Virus record (IMG/VR): IMGVR_UViG_3300045988_141926 | Location: 380 to 64,379 of that record | From: a virus | Strand: one strand, 5' to 3' | DNA length: 64,000 nt | Shown here: positions 56,015 through 64,000 of the stretch, piece by piece | Numbering within the stretch: the first letter of the stretch is position 1 | Layout: each line of letters opens with the position of its first letter | The notes under the pieces: model-generated | What the model was told of the DNA's origin: nothing | Databases searched by the model: none | What the model saw: the letters and a program-made list of their open reading frames with translations, nothing else | Position numbers and translations under genes: made by a program

Positions 56015-56466
56015 TGTGGCAACGAATCTGTAAAGAGTGCGCCTATTTCGATGATATGCGCTGTAAGATTAGCGGACAACCCGCTATCTCTCACAATATC
56101 GCTTGCGCCTCATTTAGTAGCCAACGCTACGAGTGCGATATTTGCCACCGTCAAATTCACCATACTGAGGTAATCTATGATAGCAAAAGTAATAAGATTG
56201 TTTGTTCAGATTGCTGTAATCGTTTGTCTACGTGTGATAATTGCCATAATGGGAATATCTGCCTTTTTGAAACAGACCCATCACCACTTCCGAAACAAAT
56301 ACAAAAACAAATCCGTCAGGGAAATATGTTCGGACAAACAATCATAAAAAATCCCGAGAGGGTTCGACAGATTTGCGAAGTCAAATGTTCTTGTTGGGAC
56401 AAAGAAAACCAACAATGTTTAAAAACTACTTCCCATTATTGTCCCAACATTCAGGAGGTTATATGA
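56014..56466 (+). CDS. Cys-rich metal-binding protein, 150 aa
   Basis: More than 20 Cys residues in CxxC pairs. Confidence 0.5.
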   Translation: MWQRICKECAYFDDMRCKISGQPAISHNIACASFSSQRYECDICHRQIHHTEVIYDSKSNKIVCSDCCNRLSTCDNCHNGNICLFETDPSPLPKQIQKQIRQGNMFGQTIIKNPERVRQICEVKCSCWDKENQQCLKTTSHYCPNIQEVI

Positions 56467-56708
56467 TATTTACAGTAATGCATAACGGCTCTCCTTACTT
56501 CACCGTCGAGGCCAGTGAAATCATTGGTATTGCCAAAGTCTATAATGGCGAGGTAAATTTCAGCACAGTAATGCTTCTCAAAAATGGCGGTTCCTATAAA
56601 TTTCCTTTTCCCACAAAAGATGAACAACTCAACAAGATTCGCCAGAATTGGCTTCTTGCTCGGACTAAAACAAATTTTCCTACGCCTGATGTAATCATTG
56701 ATGTGTGA
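56463..56708 (+). CDS. Hypothetical protein, 81 aa
   Basis: SD GGAGG. ATGA overlap. Confidence 0.5.
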   Translation: MIFTVMHNGSPYFTVEASEIIGIAKVYNGEVNFSTVMLLKNGGSYKFPFPTKDEQLNKIRQNWLLARTKTNFPTPDVIIDV

Positions 56709-56758
56709 GCACGTTGGGCAAAACTATTAAATTTAACAAAACTGACCAGGAGGAGCGT

Positions 56759-56956
56759 ATGAAACGTAAGGGCTACGACATCTACATCGGCAAACGTGGA
56801 GCGATTTATTACCTCGAAACTATCGAGGAAACTAATCCTCTCGTCGCAGATACCTATGCCTATGATAAGGCACTCGACAAGTTTGGCGATATTCCAGAAG
56901 TAGTATGGAAAGCAATCCCGGCAGTAATTTGGATACCGGAGGATGGAAGAGAATGA
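56759..56956 (+). CDS. Hypothetical protein, 65 aa
   Basis: SD AGGAGG. Confidence 0.5.
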   Translation: MKRKGYDIYIGKRGAIYYLETIEETNPLVADTYAYDKALDKFGDIPEVVWKAIPAVIWIPEDGRE

Positions 56957-57171
56957 CACTATTTAAAATTAACCTTGAAGACTGTGGCTGTTTCTGTATT
57001 GACCTTGATACCATTAGTTCATTCTATATCGGCTTCGGCAATAAACTGAAAATTCTCCCTATCGGAGGGTCTGACTACATTGCCCCTATTACGATTTGCC
57101 CGCAGGATGCTAAACGTCTTGTTGAAGCCTGGGAAAATAGACAGGAGCGCATTAACAATGGAACTCTATAA
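56953..57171 (+). CDS. Hypothetical protein, 72 aa
   Basis: ATGA overlap. Confidence 0.45.
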   Translation: MTLFKINLEDCGCFCIDLDTISSFYIGFGNKLKILPIGGSDYIAPITICPQDAKRLVEAWENRQERINNGTL

Positions 57172-57532
57172 TCTCTATTCATATATTGAAGTGGTCGATG
57201 ACCCTGATACATTTGTATATTTATGGTCGGCTCACTACGACAATGCCGAAGCCGCCCAATCAGATGCTTGGAACGAGACTTGTCTCCGTTATGAAGAGAA
57301 TGCCAAAGAATTCCAGTTGCCTGACTACGATGAAATGATTGAGCGACTCCAAGAGTTCGAGCGGTCAAGAGGTAGGCCAGATACAATAGATAAGAAAATG
57401 ATGGACCACGCAATTGAGTTAGCCATTGAAGCGCGTGATGATTGCATTGATTATTACGTAGTACCCGCTCGACTTGATGAACGAGATTACGAAGACCTCG
57501 TAGTAATAGATGCTGATGAATATAATCTATAA
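57158..57532 (+). CDS. Acidic hypothetical protein, 124 aa
   Basis: ORF. Confidence 0.5.
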   Translation: MELYNLYSYIEVVDDPDTFVYLWSAHYDNAEAAQSDAWNETCLRYEENAKEFQLPDYDEMIERLQEFERSRGRPDTIDKKMMDHAIELAIEARDDCIDYYVVPARLDERDYEDLVVIDADEYNL

Positions 57533-57620
57533 TTAAATTTGCCACGATTTTCACCACCTTATATTTCTATTATCATTATACCAAATAATTTTGGAAAAAT
57601 CAATACAAGGAGAATTGAAA

Positions 57621-57902
57621 ATGGCTGTTAAAATCCGCAAAGCGTTTACCATTATGCCCGATTCCCTCAATGATGACCAGCGCTATATTTTCCACGGCAT
57701 CGACCGCGCAGAAGCCGAAGAGATTTGTCTCGCATTTGTCGAGGAGCTCTTGGATGATGATATCCAGATGTGCCAGCGCGCTGAACACTATCCTGAGATT
57801 ACGTGGTGCCCTGATTGGTGGAAGGATGTTGAGCCTGACCTTCGTCTCTGTGAATACGATTCATTCGTATACGAAACCTCAATTTACGATTTTGGACACT
57901 AA
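57621..57902 (+). CDS. Hypothetical protein, 93 aa
   Basis: SD AAGGAG. Terminator at 57905-57940. Confidence 0.5.
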   Translation: MAVKIRKAFTIMPDSLNDDQRYIFHGIDRAEAEEICLAFVEELLDDDIQMCQRAEHYPEITWCPDWWKDVEPDLRLCEYDSFVYETSIYDFGH

Positions 57903-57943
57903 TATATAAGAGTATTTGGCGATGCCAAATACTCTTATTTGAT

Positions 57944-57979
57944 TTTTTTATAAATTTATAATATAATATATATATAAGA
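57944..57979 (+). promoter_or_regulatory. Class-II AT-rich conserved promoter, copy 2
   Basis: tttttttataaatttataatataatatatatataag. Confidence 0.45.
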
Positions 57980-58001
57980 TGAAGAAAGGAAATGATACAA
58001 A

Positions 58002-58244
58002 ATGAATGATATTGTAATGCGTTTCAGAACTGAGCACGGCCAGACTATTGAGATGACTATGAATGACCTCAAAGATGCATACGACGAGTATCGTTTCCTG
58101 ACTAAGCGTGAATATATTCTTGAAAACTATCCTGAGTCCGAGGCTTGCGTGGACAGAATCGCCGCTCGTGCCATCGAACTCGAAGACAGTTATCATTATC
58201 GGGAAGACGACGCAATCGAACAGGCGTTCGATGAGATTATGTGA
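58002..58244 (+). CDS. Hypothetical protein, 80 aa
   Basis: ORF. Confidence 0.5.
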   Translation: MNDIVMRFRTEHGQTIEMTMNDLKDAYDEYRFLTKREYILENYPESEACVDRIAARAIELEDSYHYREDDAIEQAFDEIM

Positions 58245-58256
58245 GGAGGATGCGCT

Positions 58257-58487
58257 ATGAAGTGGCATTTGTTTTCTGAGAAGCGGCCTGAGATTGGCAC
58301 TGATGTTCTCATCTGTTTCGAGCCGGGCAATCCTTTTGCCTGTGATGTGTGTAGCCTCGAAGAGGAAGGCGAAGGCCACTATGTTTGGTGGCGCCTTGAA
58401 AAAAGTTATCCCGTTGATGATACTGATTATTGGGCTGAGATTCCGATGCCTCAGCTGAGAATTCCCGCATATAAGGAGGAGGATTAA
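58257..58487 (+). CDS. DUF551-like phage protein, 76 aa
   Basis: KWH...W...IPMP pattern. Confidence 0.35.
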   Translation: MKWHLFSEKRPEIGTDVLICFEPGNPFACDVCSLEEEGEGHYVWWRLEKSYPVDDTDYWAEIPMPQLRIPAYKEED

Positions 58488-58489
58488 CT

Positions 58490-59233
58490 ATGATTGAAGG
58501 TCTCTACCCGCCGTTCCAGCACTGGGGCGCGTCCGGTACCACGTGGATTCTGAGCGATACACATTTTAATGACCCTGACCTCATTCACGCCTATGTTGAC
58601 CGCCCCTCCGCAGAAGAGCAGGTGAAGCGCATCAATGCTAAGTGCGGTCGTGCGGATACGCTGATTATCCTCGGCGATGTTGGCGATATCTCCTATGTGC
58701 GTCAGTTGCGCGCCAAGTATAAGATTCTCGTGATGGGCAACCACGACTCTGGCGCATCCAACTATCAGCGTCAGATTTTCAGACAGAAGTTTGATAAAGG
58801 CCTGTTCCAGAAGCACGAGGCATTGGACGAGATGAAGCGTCTCTATCCTGATTGCGCTTATTCTATCACTGATAGTTATGATTATCTCGATAATTTTCCC
58901 TGTTGGGAGGTTCGCGCTGATAATAAACTTTTCGACCAGGTGTTCTCTGGTGTTGTAGTTATTGGAGAGAAATTGATGCTCTCTCACGAGCCTATTAAGG
59001 GATGCGATTGGTGTATGAATATCCACGGCCACGATCATTCTCGCTCTCATAAAAATGATAAATATCATTTCAACGTGTGCGCTGATGTGATTGGCTACGA
59101 GCCCATCAACTTCAATAAGTGGATGAAGGAAGGCCATCTCGCGCCCATCGTATCCATTCACCGCGACACCATTGACAACGCAACGGCTCGCGCACGCAAA
59201 CGAGGGTATAGATTGGGGAGGAAACCCCAGTGA
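58490..59233 (+). CDS. Calcineurin-like metallophosphoesterase (Ser/Thr phosphatase type), 247 aa
   Basis: SDTHF, GDVGD, GNHD, GHDH. Confidence 0.7.
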   Translation: MIEGLYPPFQHWGASGTTWILSDTHFNDPDLIHAYVDRPSAEEQVKRINAKCGRADTLIILGDVGDISYVRQLRAKYKILVMGNHDSGASNYQRQIFRQKFDKGLFQKHEALDEMKRLYPDCAYSITDSYDYLDNFPCWEVRADNKLFDQVFSGVVVIGEKLMLSHEPIKGCDWCMNIHGHDHSRSHKNDKYHFNVCADVIGYEPINFNKWMKEGHLAPIVSIHRDTIDNATARARKRGYRLGRKPQ

Positions 59234-59402
59234 TACTACGCCTTATTCTCCTTATGGTTCTTGGAGGCTCTATTTGTATAGGGATTGAGACAATGTGGCG
59301 CGCGTTTAAAAATGGGAAATGGCCTCTTGGAATAGTAGTAATTTTTGAGGTTATAGGATTTATTCTTATGACTATATTCTTTGTGAAGGAACAGGTGCTA
59401 TA
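59220..59402 (+). CDS. Small membrane protein (~60 aa, GTG start)
   Basis: Hydrophobic. Confidence 0.3.
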
Positions 59403-59579
59403 ATGATTTTTAATATTTTGAACCAACTTCTTCTGTTTATCTTCGGTCTTCTGTTGTTCGCTATTATGCTGAATAATATCGAAGAGCCTTATTTCCATAG
59501 TAAATGGGGCATCATTCTTCCGTTCGTTGGCGCTCTCGCTTGCGCGGCCTGTGTCATTTACAATTTGTTTCAGGGGTGA
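59403..59579 (+). CDS. Small membrane protein, 58 aa
   Basis: Hydrophobic. Confidence 0.35.
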   Translation: MIFNILNQLLLFIFGLLLFAIMLNNIEEPYFHSKWGIILPFVGALACAACVIYNLFQG

Positions 59580-59584
59580 TTACT

Positions 59585-59779
59585 ATGTCTGTTTTTAGCG
59601 TTATTACATTTATTGTTTGTATAATTCTGATTTTTACTTATATGTATCAATCTTATCATATCGTTAAATATTACCGTGAGCAGGGTAGATGGGGCGTTTG
59701 GGCGATTTTGAACATTTTATCTATCCTAATTATCGTGGAGGCCACTGAAATTATGGCGGAGGTAGTACATCTATGCTGA
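59585..59779 (+). CDS. Small membrane protein, 64 aa
   Basis: Hydrophobic. Confidence 0.4.
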   Translation: MSVFSVITFIVCIILIFTYMYQSYHIVKYYREQGRWGVWAILNILSILIIVEATEIMAEVVHLC

Positions 59780-60177
59780 TTACTATTTTGTTTGTAATTG
59801 TATTTATCCTCAGCGCATCTCTATGCTACAAATTCCGCAATCACGATGTTTCTATGGTTCTTCTTTTGCTTGCGGTTATCTGTGCGGTCGGTCTTATTGT
59901 GTGCGGGGCTATGTGTGCCTGTACGCCATATGACTCTGACCTCCGCACCCAAGACGCAATGGATAAGGAGCGTATGCTTCTTGAATTGCGTATTGATGAT
60001 GACTACTGGCGCAAAGACGCACGCCTGACCGCAGAACTTGTCCACGATGTAGACGAATACAATGAATTGGTTATCTCGATGCGCAAGACCTATAACAGTG
60101 AATGGACTTCTTGGTTTGGTCGCTCTTGGATGGCTGACCTAACTACCGTAGAATTTCCAGAAGGAGGATGGAAATGA
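59773..60177 (+). CDS. Membrane-anchored protein, 134 aa (paralog A)
   Basis: Transmembrane region plus a soluble domain. Confidence 0.5.
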   Translation: MLITILFVIVFILSASLCYKFRNHDVSMVLLLLAVICAVGLIVCGAMCACTPYDSDLRTQDAMDKERMLLELRIDDDYWRKDARLTAELVHDVDEYNELVISMRKTYNSEWTSWFGRSWMADLTTVEFPEGGWK

Positions 60178-60566
60178 TTCTCTTACTGATACCTTTTGTA
60201 GTAATGATAATTTGTATCATTCTATCTTGTAAGATTCAAGATGTTGATACAAATGAATGTATCTGTGTTGTTGGAGGAGTTGCTCTTTGTATTGTTCTTG
60301 CGTTAGGCTTTGTCTGTTTCCTTATGCGCGTTTGCGATTATGACAAGTTTGAGATTGATGCGGAACGCGCAAATATTGTTCGATATATTGAACGGTATGG
60401 CGATGACGCAGAGACTAATGAAGCTACCTACAACACTATTTATAACAAGGTTTACAATTTTAATTATCGAGTATATAGATGTCAGAGAACTCGGTCAAAT
60501 CCTTTCATTAGCTGGTTCAAAGCCGGATGGTGGATGGAGATTGAGCCGATAGATTGGGCGCCATAA
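60168..60566 (+). CDS. Membrane-anchored protein, 132 aa (tandem paralog B)
   Basis: Same architecture as the 59773 product. Confidence 0.5.
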   Translation: MEMILLLIPFVVMIICIILSCKIQDVDTNECICVVGGVALCIVLALGFVCFLMRVCDYDKFEIDAERANIVRYIERYGDDAETNEATYNTIYNKVYNFNYRVYRCQRTRSNPFISWFKAGWWMEIEPIDWAP

Positions 60567-60577
60567 GGAGGTATAAT

Positions 60578-60862
60578 ATGGATTCTTTGTTTGATTTGAT
60601 GTTCGGCATTATGAATAATGATTATTCTAAGGCTGACAAGGCTGGCCACGACACTGTTGGCGACTACACCATCGACACTTGCGACACCGTGGACCAGGGC
60701 TATGAGACCGCTATGTGGAAGGGCGATGGCGATATTATCATCGTTGAGCGCTACCCCGATAAGGAGCGCGCTGAGGCTGGCCACACGAAGTGGTGTGAGT
60801 TCGCTAAGACGAACCCTGAGCACGTGTATAGTGTTCAGATGGATGAGCACGTCAATTTCTAA
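60578..60862 (+). CDS. Hypothetical protein, 94 aa
   Basis: SD GGAGGT. Terminator at 60870-60912. Confidence 0.5.
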   Translation: MDSLFDLMFGIMNNDYSKADKAGHDTVGDYTIDTCDTVDQGYETAMWKGDGDIIIVERYPDKERAEAGHTKWCEFAKTNPEHVYSVQMDEHVNF

Positions 60863-60910
60863 ATAACTAAGTCAATGGAGGGTTTTACCAAACGTAAAAT
60901 CCTCCATTGA

Positions 60911-60947
60911 TTTTTTTTAAAATTTATTATATAATATATATATAAGG
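60911..60947 (+). promoter_or_regulatory. Class-II AT-rich conserved promoter, copy 3
   Basis: ttttttttaaaatttattatataatatatatataagg. Confidence 0.45.
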
Positions 60948-60962
60948 TAAAAGAGAAAGGAA

Positions 60963-61652
60963 TTGATGTTTATGATGATTTTTCCCACCTTACATATTGA
61001 GTTTGAAAAGTGGAAATTTAATAAGGAGTATGGAGTTTGGGTTTCTAACTTCGGCAACTTCAAGGACATTCATAAGCGTCCTATTCCTAAGAAAATCTTC
61101 CAGCAAAATGGTTATGTGTCTGTGAAAACCAAGCACGGCAATCGTATGGCGCATCGCTTGGTTATGTATACGTGGTGCCCCATTGAAGACCGCGAGGCGT
61201 TCACTGTTGACCACATTGACCACAATAAACGTAATAACCGCGTTGACAATCTGGAATGGGTCAGCCAGGCTGAGAATCTGATTCGAGCCCAGGATGACAT
61301 TGTGGTGAGTGCTGTTCCTACTATTAATAATGCGGGCGCCGAACCCGCCGGTCGGGACACTGGGAAAATTCTGGAAGAGTGCGACAATACTCTGGCCAAG
61401 TGGCTTGCCACTACCACGGACACCACTTGCCGTTCCTTTATCGTTCAGGAGGGTATCACTCTTGATACTGTTTTTACCAACACTGATGGTTTTAAGGGTA
61501 CGGCGATGGAGGCTATTGACTGGCTCCAAAAGCATAACTCTAAGGTCAGCACTACCGAAGAGAAGTTCTTCTTCAAACTGTGCAATAGCATCCGTATGGA
61601 CGGTTTTATGTATTCTCGTAAGTGGAATTTTTTGAGAGGAGTTAAACAATGA
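60963..61652 (+). CDS. HNH homing endonuclease with a NUMOD4-like N-terminus, 229 aa
   Basis: WVSNFGNF, HRLVMYTW, VDHIDHNKRNNRVDNLEWVSQAEN. Confidence 0.7.
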   Translation: MMFMMIFPTLHIEFEKWKFNKEYGVWVSNFGNFKDIHKRPIPKKIFQQNGYVSVKTKHGNRMAHRLVMYTWCPIEDREAFTVDHIDHNKRNNRVDNLEWVSQAENLIRAQDDIVVSAVPTINNAGAEPAGRDTGKILEECDNTLAKWLATTTDTTCRSFIVQEGITLDTVFTNTDGFKGTAMEAIDWLQKHNSKVSTTEEKFFFKLCNSIRMDGFMYSRKWNFLRGVKQ

Positions 61653-61945
61653 GAGTAGCAATTTATGCGACTGAACCTTATTATGGTGGGCTCCACGGAT
61701 ATTTCAACTGCGGTATCTACCACATTGATATGTTTAGTGAGGCTGATGAAATTGGTCATTATCTGTGTGATGAACTGATTGATAGTTATACTACACTGAC
61801 CGATCTCTACGAAGATGGCGAACGTGAGTATGATTACGCAATCTATGAAATCCCTAATGCGTTCGATGATATCGACGATGACCAGCTCGACGCCGACCTC
61901 TATGACTACGGTTTGAGCGGTTTTATCAAGAAATATTCTCTCTAA
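61649..61945 (+). CDS. Acidic hypothetical protein, 98 aa
   Basis: ATGA overlap. Confidence 0.5.
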   Translation: MRVAIYATEPYYGGLHGYFNCGIYHIDMFSEADEIGHYLCDELIDSYTTLTDLYEDGEREYDYAIYEIPNAFDDIDDDQLDADLYDYGLSGFIKKYSL

Positions 61946-61948
61946 TTG

Positions 61949-61985
61949 ATTTTTTTAAAAATTTATAATATAATATATATATAAG
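61949..61985 (+). promoter_or_regulatory. Class-II AT-rich conserved promoter, copy 4
   Basis: tttttttaaaaatttataatataatatatatataag. Confidence 0.45.
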
Positions 61986-62008
61986 ATAAAGGAAGGGGAA
62001 ATCAAACA

Positions 62009-62197
62009 ATGTATCGTACTGTTGAAATTTGGGATGACGATGATGTCGTTGAGACTGATTTTGATACCTATAATCAGGCATTTGCCCTGTATGCGCATCG
62101 GTTCTCCTATGGTACTCTTCCTTTTGTTGATTTTCTCATTGTGGATATGAGCACTGGCGAAGTGGTGCTTCAAGCATCGACTGCTAAAATGGTTTAA
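62009..62197 (+). CDS. Hypothetical protein, 62 aa
   Basis: ORF. Confidence 0.5.
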   Translation: MYRTVEIWDDDDVVETDFDTYNQAFALYAHRFSYGTLPFVDFLIVDMSTGEVVLQASTAKMV

Positions 62198-62207
62198 GGA
62201 GGAACGT

Positions 62208-62405
62208 ATGGCTCGTCGAGAATTTCGTAATTTGGCTAAATACTGTGAGAAGACCTATGGGTCTCATTATGAAGAAGATGAGGCCTGGTTCATCTGTCCT
62301 GAGTGCGGGGAACCTATCTACTTCGATGATTGGACTGAGGAAGAGACTCACGGCTGGGCGGATTGCCCCATCTGTGAAACCAATCTGTATGAGGATGTGG
62401 AATAA
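62208..62405 (+). CDS. Zn-ribbon protein, 65 aa
   Basis: CPECG...CPICE. Confidence 0.5.
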   Translation: MARREFRNLAKYCEKTYGSHYEEDEAWFICPECGEPIYFDDWTEEETHGWADCPICETNLYEDVE

Positions 62406-62581
62406 TGAAGATTTGGTATGAGCGCACTGTTCGCAATTTCATCAATGTCCCGTGCGATTGGCCGGAGTCGAAGATTTATAAATACCTCCGCGAGAATACC
62501 TGTGGCCCGTATGATGATTTGGCTTGGTGGTATGATAAGGAGATTGTCGAGGGTGATGAAGATGAAGATGAAACTTTCTGA
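62405..62581 (+). CDS. Hypothetical protein, 58 aa
   Basis: ATGA overlap. Confidence 0.35.
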   Translation: MKIWYERTVRNFINVPCDWPESKIYKYLRENTCGPYDDLAWWYDKEIVEGDEDEDETF

Positions 62582-62768
62582 TAATTTTAAATGGCGAGAT
62601 TATTGTAATAAGTTGATGGACTTGGATATGGCGCTGGAACGTCTGGATGGTTTGTTTGATATGGTTAGCGTGGCGATGTACGAAAAGGAACTTGAAGAAG
62701 CCGAGTATGACATTCAGCGCATTTATGAGTTCCGCAATTATATTGACAAAATGTTGGAGGGCAAATAA
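62562..62768 (+). CDS. Hypothetical protein, 68 aa
   Basis: SD GAGGG. Confidence 0.35.
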   Translation: MKMKLSDNFKWRDYCNKLMDLDMALERLDGLFDMVSVAMYEKELEEAEYDIQRIYEFRNYIDKMLEGK

Positions 62769-62944
62769 TGAATATTCCTACTACTGTTAATAAGGTCGAA
62801 GCCAATGTTTGCCTGTTGAATATTCGGACTGAGATTGATGCCTTGGTCAATCACGGCGAACTGGATAACGATGAAGGGTGCTATATCGCTCACTGTCTGG
62901 ACATCATCGACACCTATATCAATCGGGGTGATGCGGAATGATGA
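62768..62944 (+). CDS. Hypothetical protein, 57 aa
   Basis: Overlapping stops and starts. Confidence 0.35.
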
Positions 62945-63225
62945 CTAAATACTTCCACATCACTATCACTACCGCGCTTAGAGACAAGGATGAGTTCTAT
63001 GTCTATTTCAGAGGTAATTCTGAGGACGAAATCTATTATACGCTTCACGACTTTATTGAAGATAACTTGGACGAGATTGCGACTAAGTATTTTGATAGCG
63101 ATGAAATCGTTAAGCGTGGTATGACCGAAGATTATTACTTTCACGAGTCCGAGGCCGACTATGATGAAATCACCGAAACTGAATACCGCGAAGCAATGAA
63201 TCAAATTTTTGGCAATCTCGATTAA
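62938..63225 (+). CDS. Acidic hypothetical protein, 95 aa
   Basis: ORF. Confidence 0.5.
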   Translation: MMTKYFHITITTALRDKDEFYVYFRGNSEDEIYYTLHDFIEDNLDEIATKYFDSDEIVKRGMTEDYYFHESEADYDEITETEYREAMNQIFGNLD

Positions 63226-63237
63226 GGAGGTAGTCAA

Positions 63238-63600
63238 ATGAAGAAAATAGATTTAGACCGTTTTATGATTTGGACTTGTCTACTATTGCTCTTGGGTATG
63301 ATGATTTGGGTGGTAGTTAAGACAATCCACAAGATGGAACAAGGTCGTATAAACGGTCCTGCGAATCAAATGGAAGAATTACAAGACGGAAGTTTCTTTC
63401 CTGTCGATAGTGAGCGATTCTTGAAAATAGACAGTGGCGACGTATGCGGACACGACGCCACAGTGTATGCCGATTCTATTACTGGCGTTATGTATATTTT
63501 CGTCGGTGGATATGGCAGTTTCTGTCCGCTATATAACGAAGATGGGTCATTGATGATATATGACCCCGGTGAGGAAATGTTAGATGTGGGATTCGATTAA
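63238..63600 (+). CDS. Membrane-anchored secreted-domain protein, 120 aa (paralog A)
   Basis: SD AAGGAGG, N-terminal transmembrane segment. Confidence 0.5.
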   Translation: MKKIDLDRFMIWTCLLLLLGMMIWVVVKTIHKMEQGRINGPANQMEELQDGSFFPVDSERFLKIDSGDVCGHDATVYADSITGVMYIFVGGYGSFCPLYNEDGSLMIYDPGEEMLDVGFD

Positions 63601-63877
63601 GAAACATCTTGGAACTGCGTGCTTGACTGCGGCGATTCTGTTGGTGGCGATTATGTTTATTAACATCTTCTCATCATTTAAGCCAAGCGTCGTAGACAAG
63701 GGCGTAGTATTTCCAGAAGATAGAGAACTATTTATTCCAGTTGATAAGGGCGAGGTGCTAGGTGGAGACGCATATGCGGTTGTCGACCGAAATACAGGCG
63801 TCGTATATATTTATACAAATGGAGCACTCTCGCCCTTATATGATAAAGAAGGGAATTTGATTATCTATGAGCGTTGA
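63584..63877 (+). CDS. Membrane-anchored secreted-domain protein, 97 aa (tandem paralog B)
   Basis: Shares FP-D-E-F and YI-GG-PLY-EGL-IY with the 63238 product. Confidence 0.5.
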   Translation: MWDSIKKHLGTACLTAAILLVAIMFINIFSSFKPSVVDKGVVFPEDRELFIPVDKGEVLGGDAYAVVDRNTGVVYIYTNGALSPLYDKEGNLIIYER

Positions 63878-64000
63878 AATTAAAAGTGGCTGGGTGAATG
63901 CCATTGAGAGCACACCCAGTGATTATCCGTCTCTCAAAGATAAGGCCAGAGCCTATGTTGTTCATACCGCTCCTATTTATCGGGGTCGCCCCGATATGAC
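63864..64000 (+). CDS. Hypothetical protein, 5' fragment
   Basis: Runs off the window. Confidence 0.35.

Noticed and set aside
36813-61661. Minus-strand ORFs in the GC-richer plus-strand blocks (for example 36813-37124, 37295-37600, 37873-38331, 44994-45683, 47448-47885, 47743-48306, 48623-49135, 50395-50895, 60990-61661)
   Set aside because: They are antisense to SD-led plus-strand genes that have promoters and terminators. Long stop-free frames are expected by chance in GC-rich sequence.

Overview
This window looks like a tailed double-stranded DNA phage (siphovirus-like gene order) with three compositionally distinct blocks.

1. Positions 1 to ~35,400 are about 28-30% GC and hold a minus-strand late/structural operon: unidentified first genes, large terminase (TerL), an endonuclease insert, portal, a nested protease-scaffold, major capsid, connector genes, a major-tail candidate, a tail chaperone, a 2757-aa tape measure, a 971-aa tail protein, and a >1800-aa tail fiber/tail-associated lysin-like gene that runs off the 5' edge. 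These genes are interrupted only by in-frame TAG. Real stops are TAA or TGA. That pattern indicates amber (TAG) reassignment, not pseudogenes. A short plus-strand AT-rich block (33.7-35.5 kb) follows a divergent promoter region.

2. Positions 35.5-52.9 kb are about 50% GC. They hold roughly 35 small plus-strand genes, each with its own consensus TTGACA-17-TATAAT promoter, a strong Shine-Dalgarno site and a GC-hairpin terminator. Recognisable products include a GIY-YIG homing endonuclease (itself with an in-frame TAG), an HAD nucleotidase, a DnaQ-like exonuclease, a protein-kinase-like enzyme, an HD hydrolase and a second small GIY-YIG protein.

3. A 2.6-kb AT-rich island (52.9-55.5 kb) has minus-strand genes and iteron arrays. 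A ~45% GC plus-strand block (55.5-64 kb) follows, with a second conserved AT-rich promoter class, an HNH endonuclease, a metallophosphatase and membrane-protein paralogs.

The most unusual element is a repeated ~200-bp regulatory module (8 copies). In each, two perfect-consensus sigma70-type promoters face each other across a palindrome with a GC-hairpin core, followed by a third promoter. Also notable are a tandem array of small non-coding transcripts sharing a 5' GUCAAGAGGGGAAC motif, and an 800-bp ORF-free region filled with an 18-bp palindrome. No tRNA, rRNA, CRISPR array or integrase was found. Hand-derived coordinates are approximate (about +/-3 nt).
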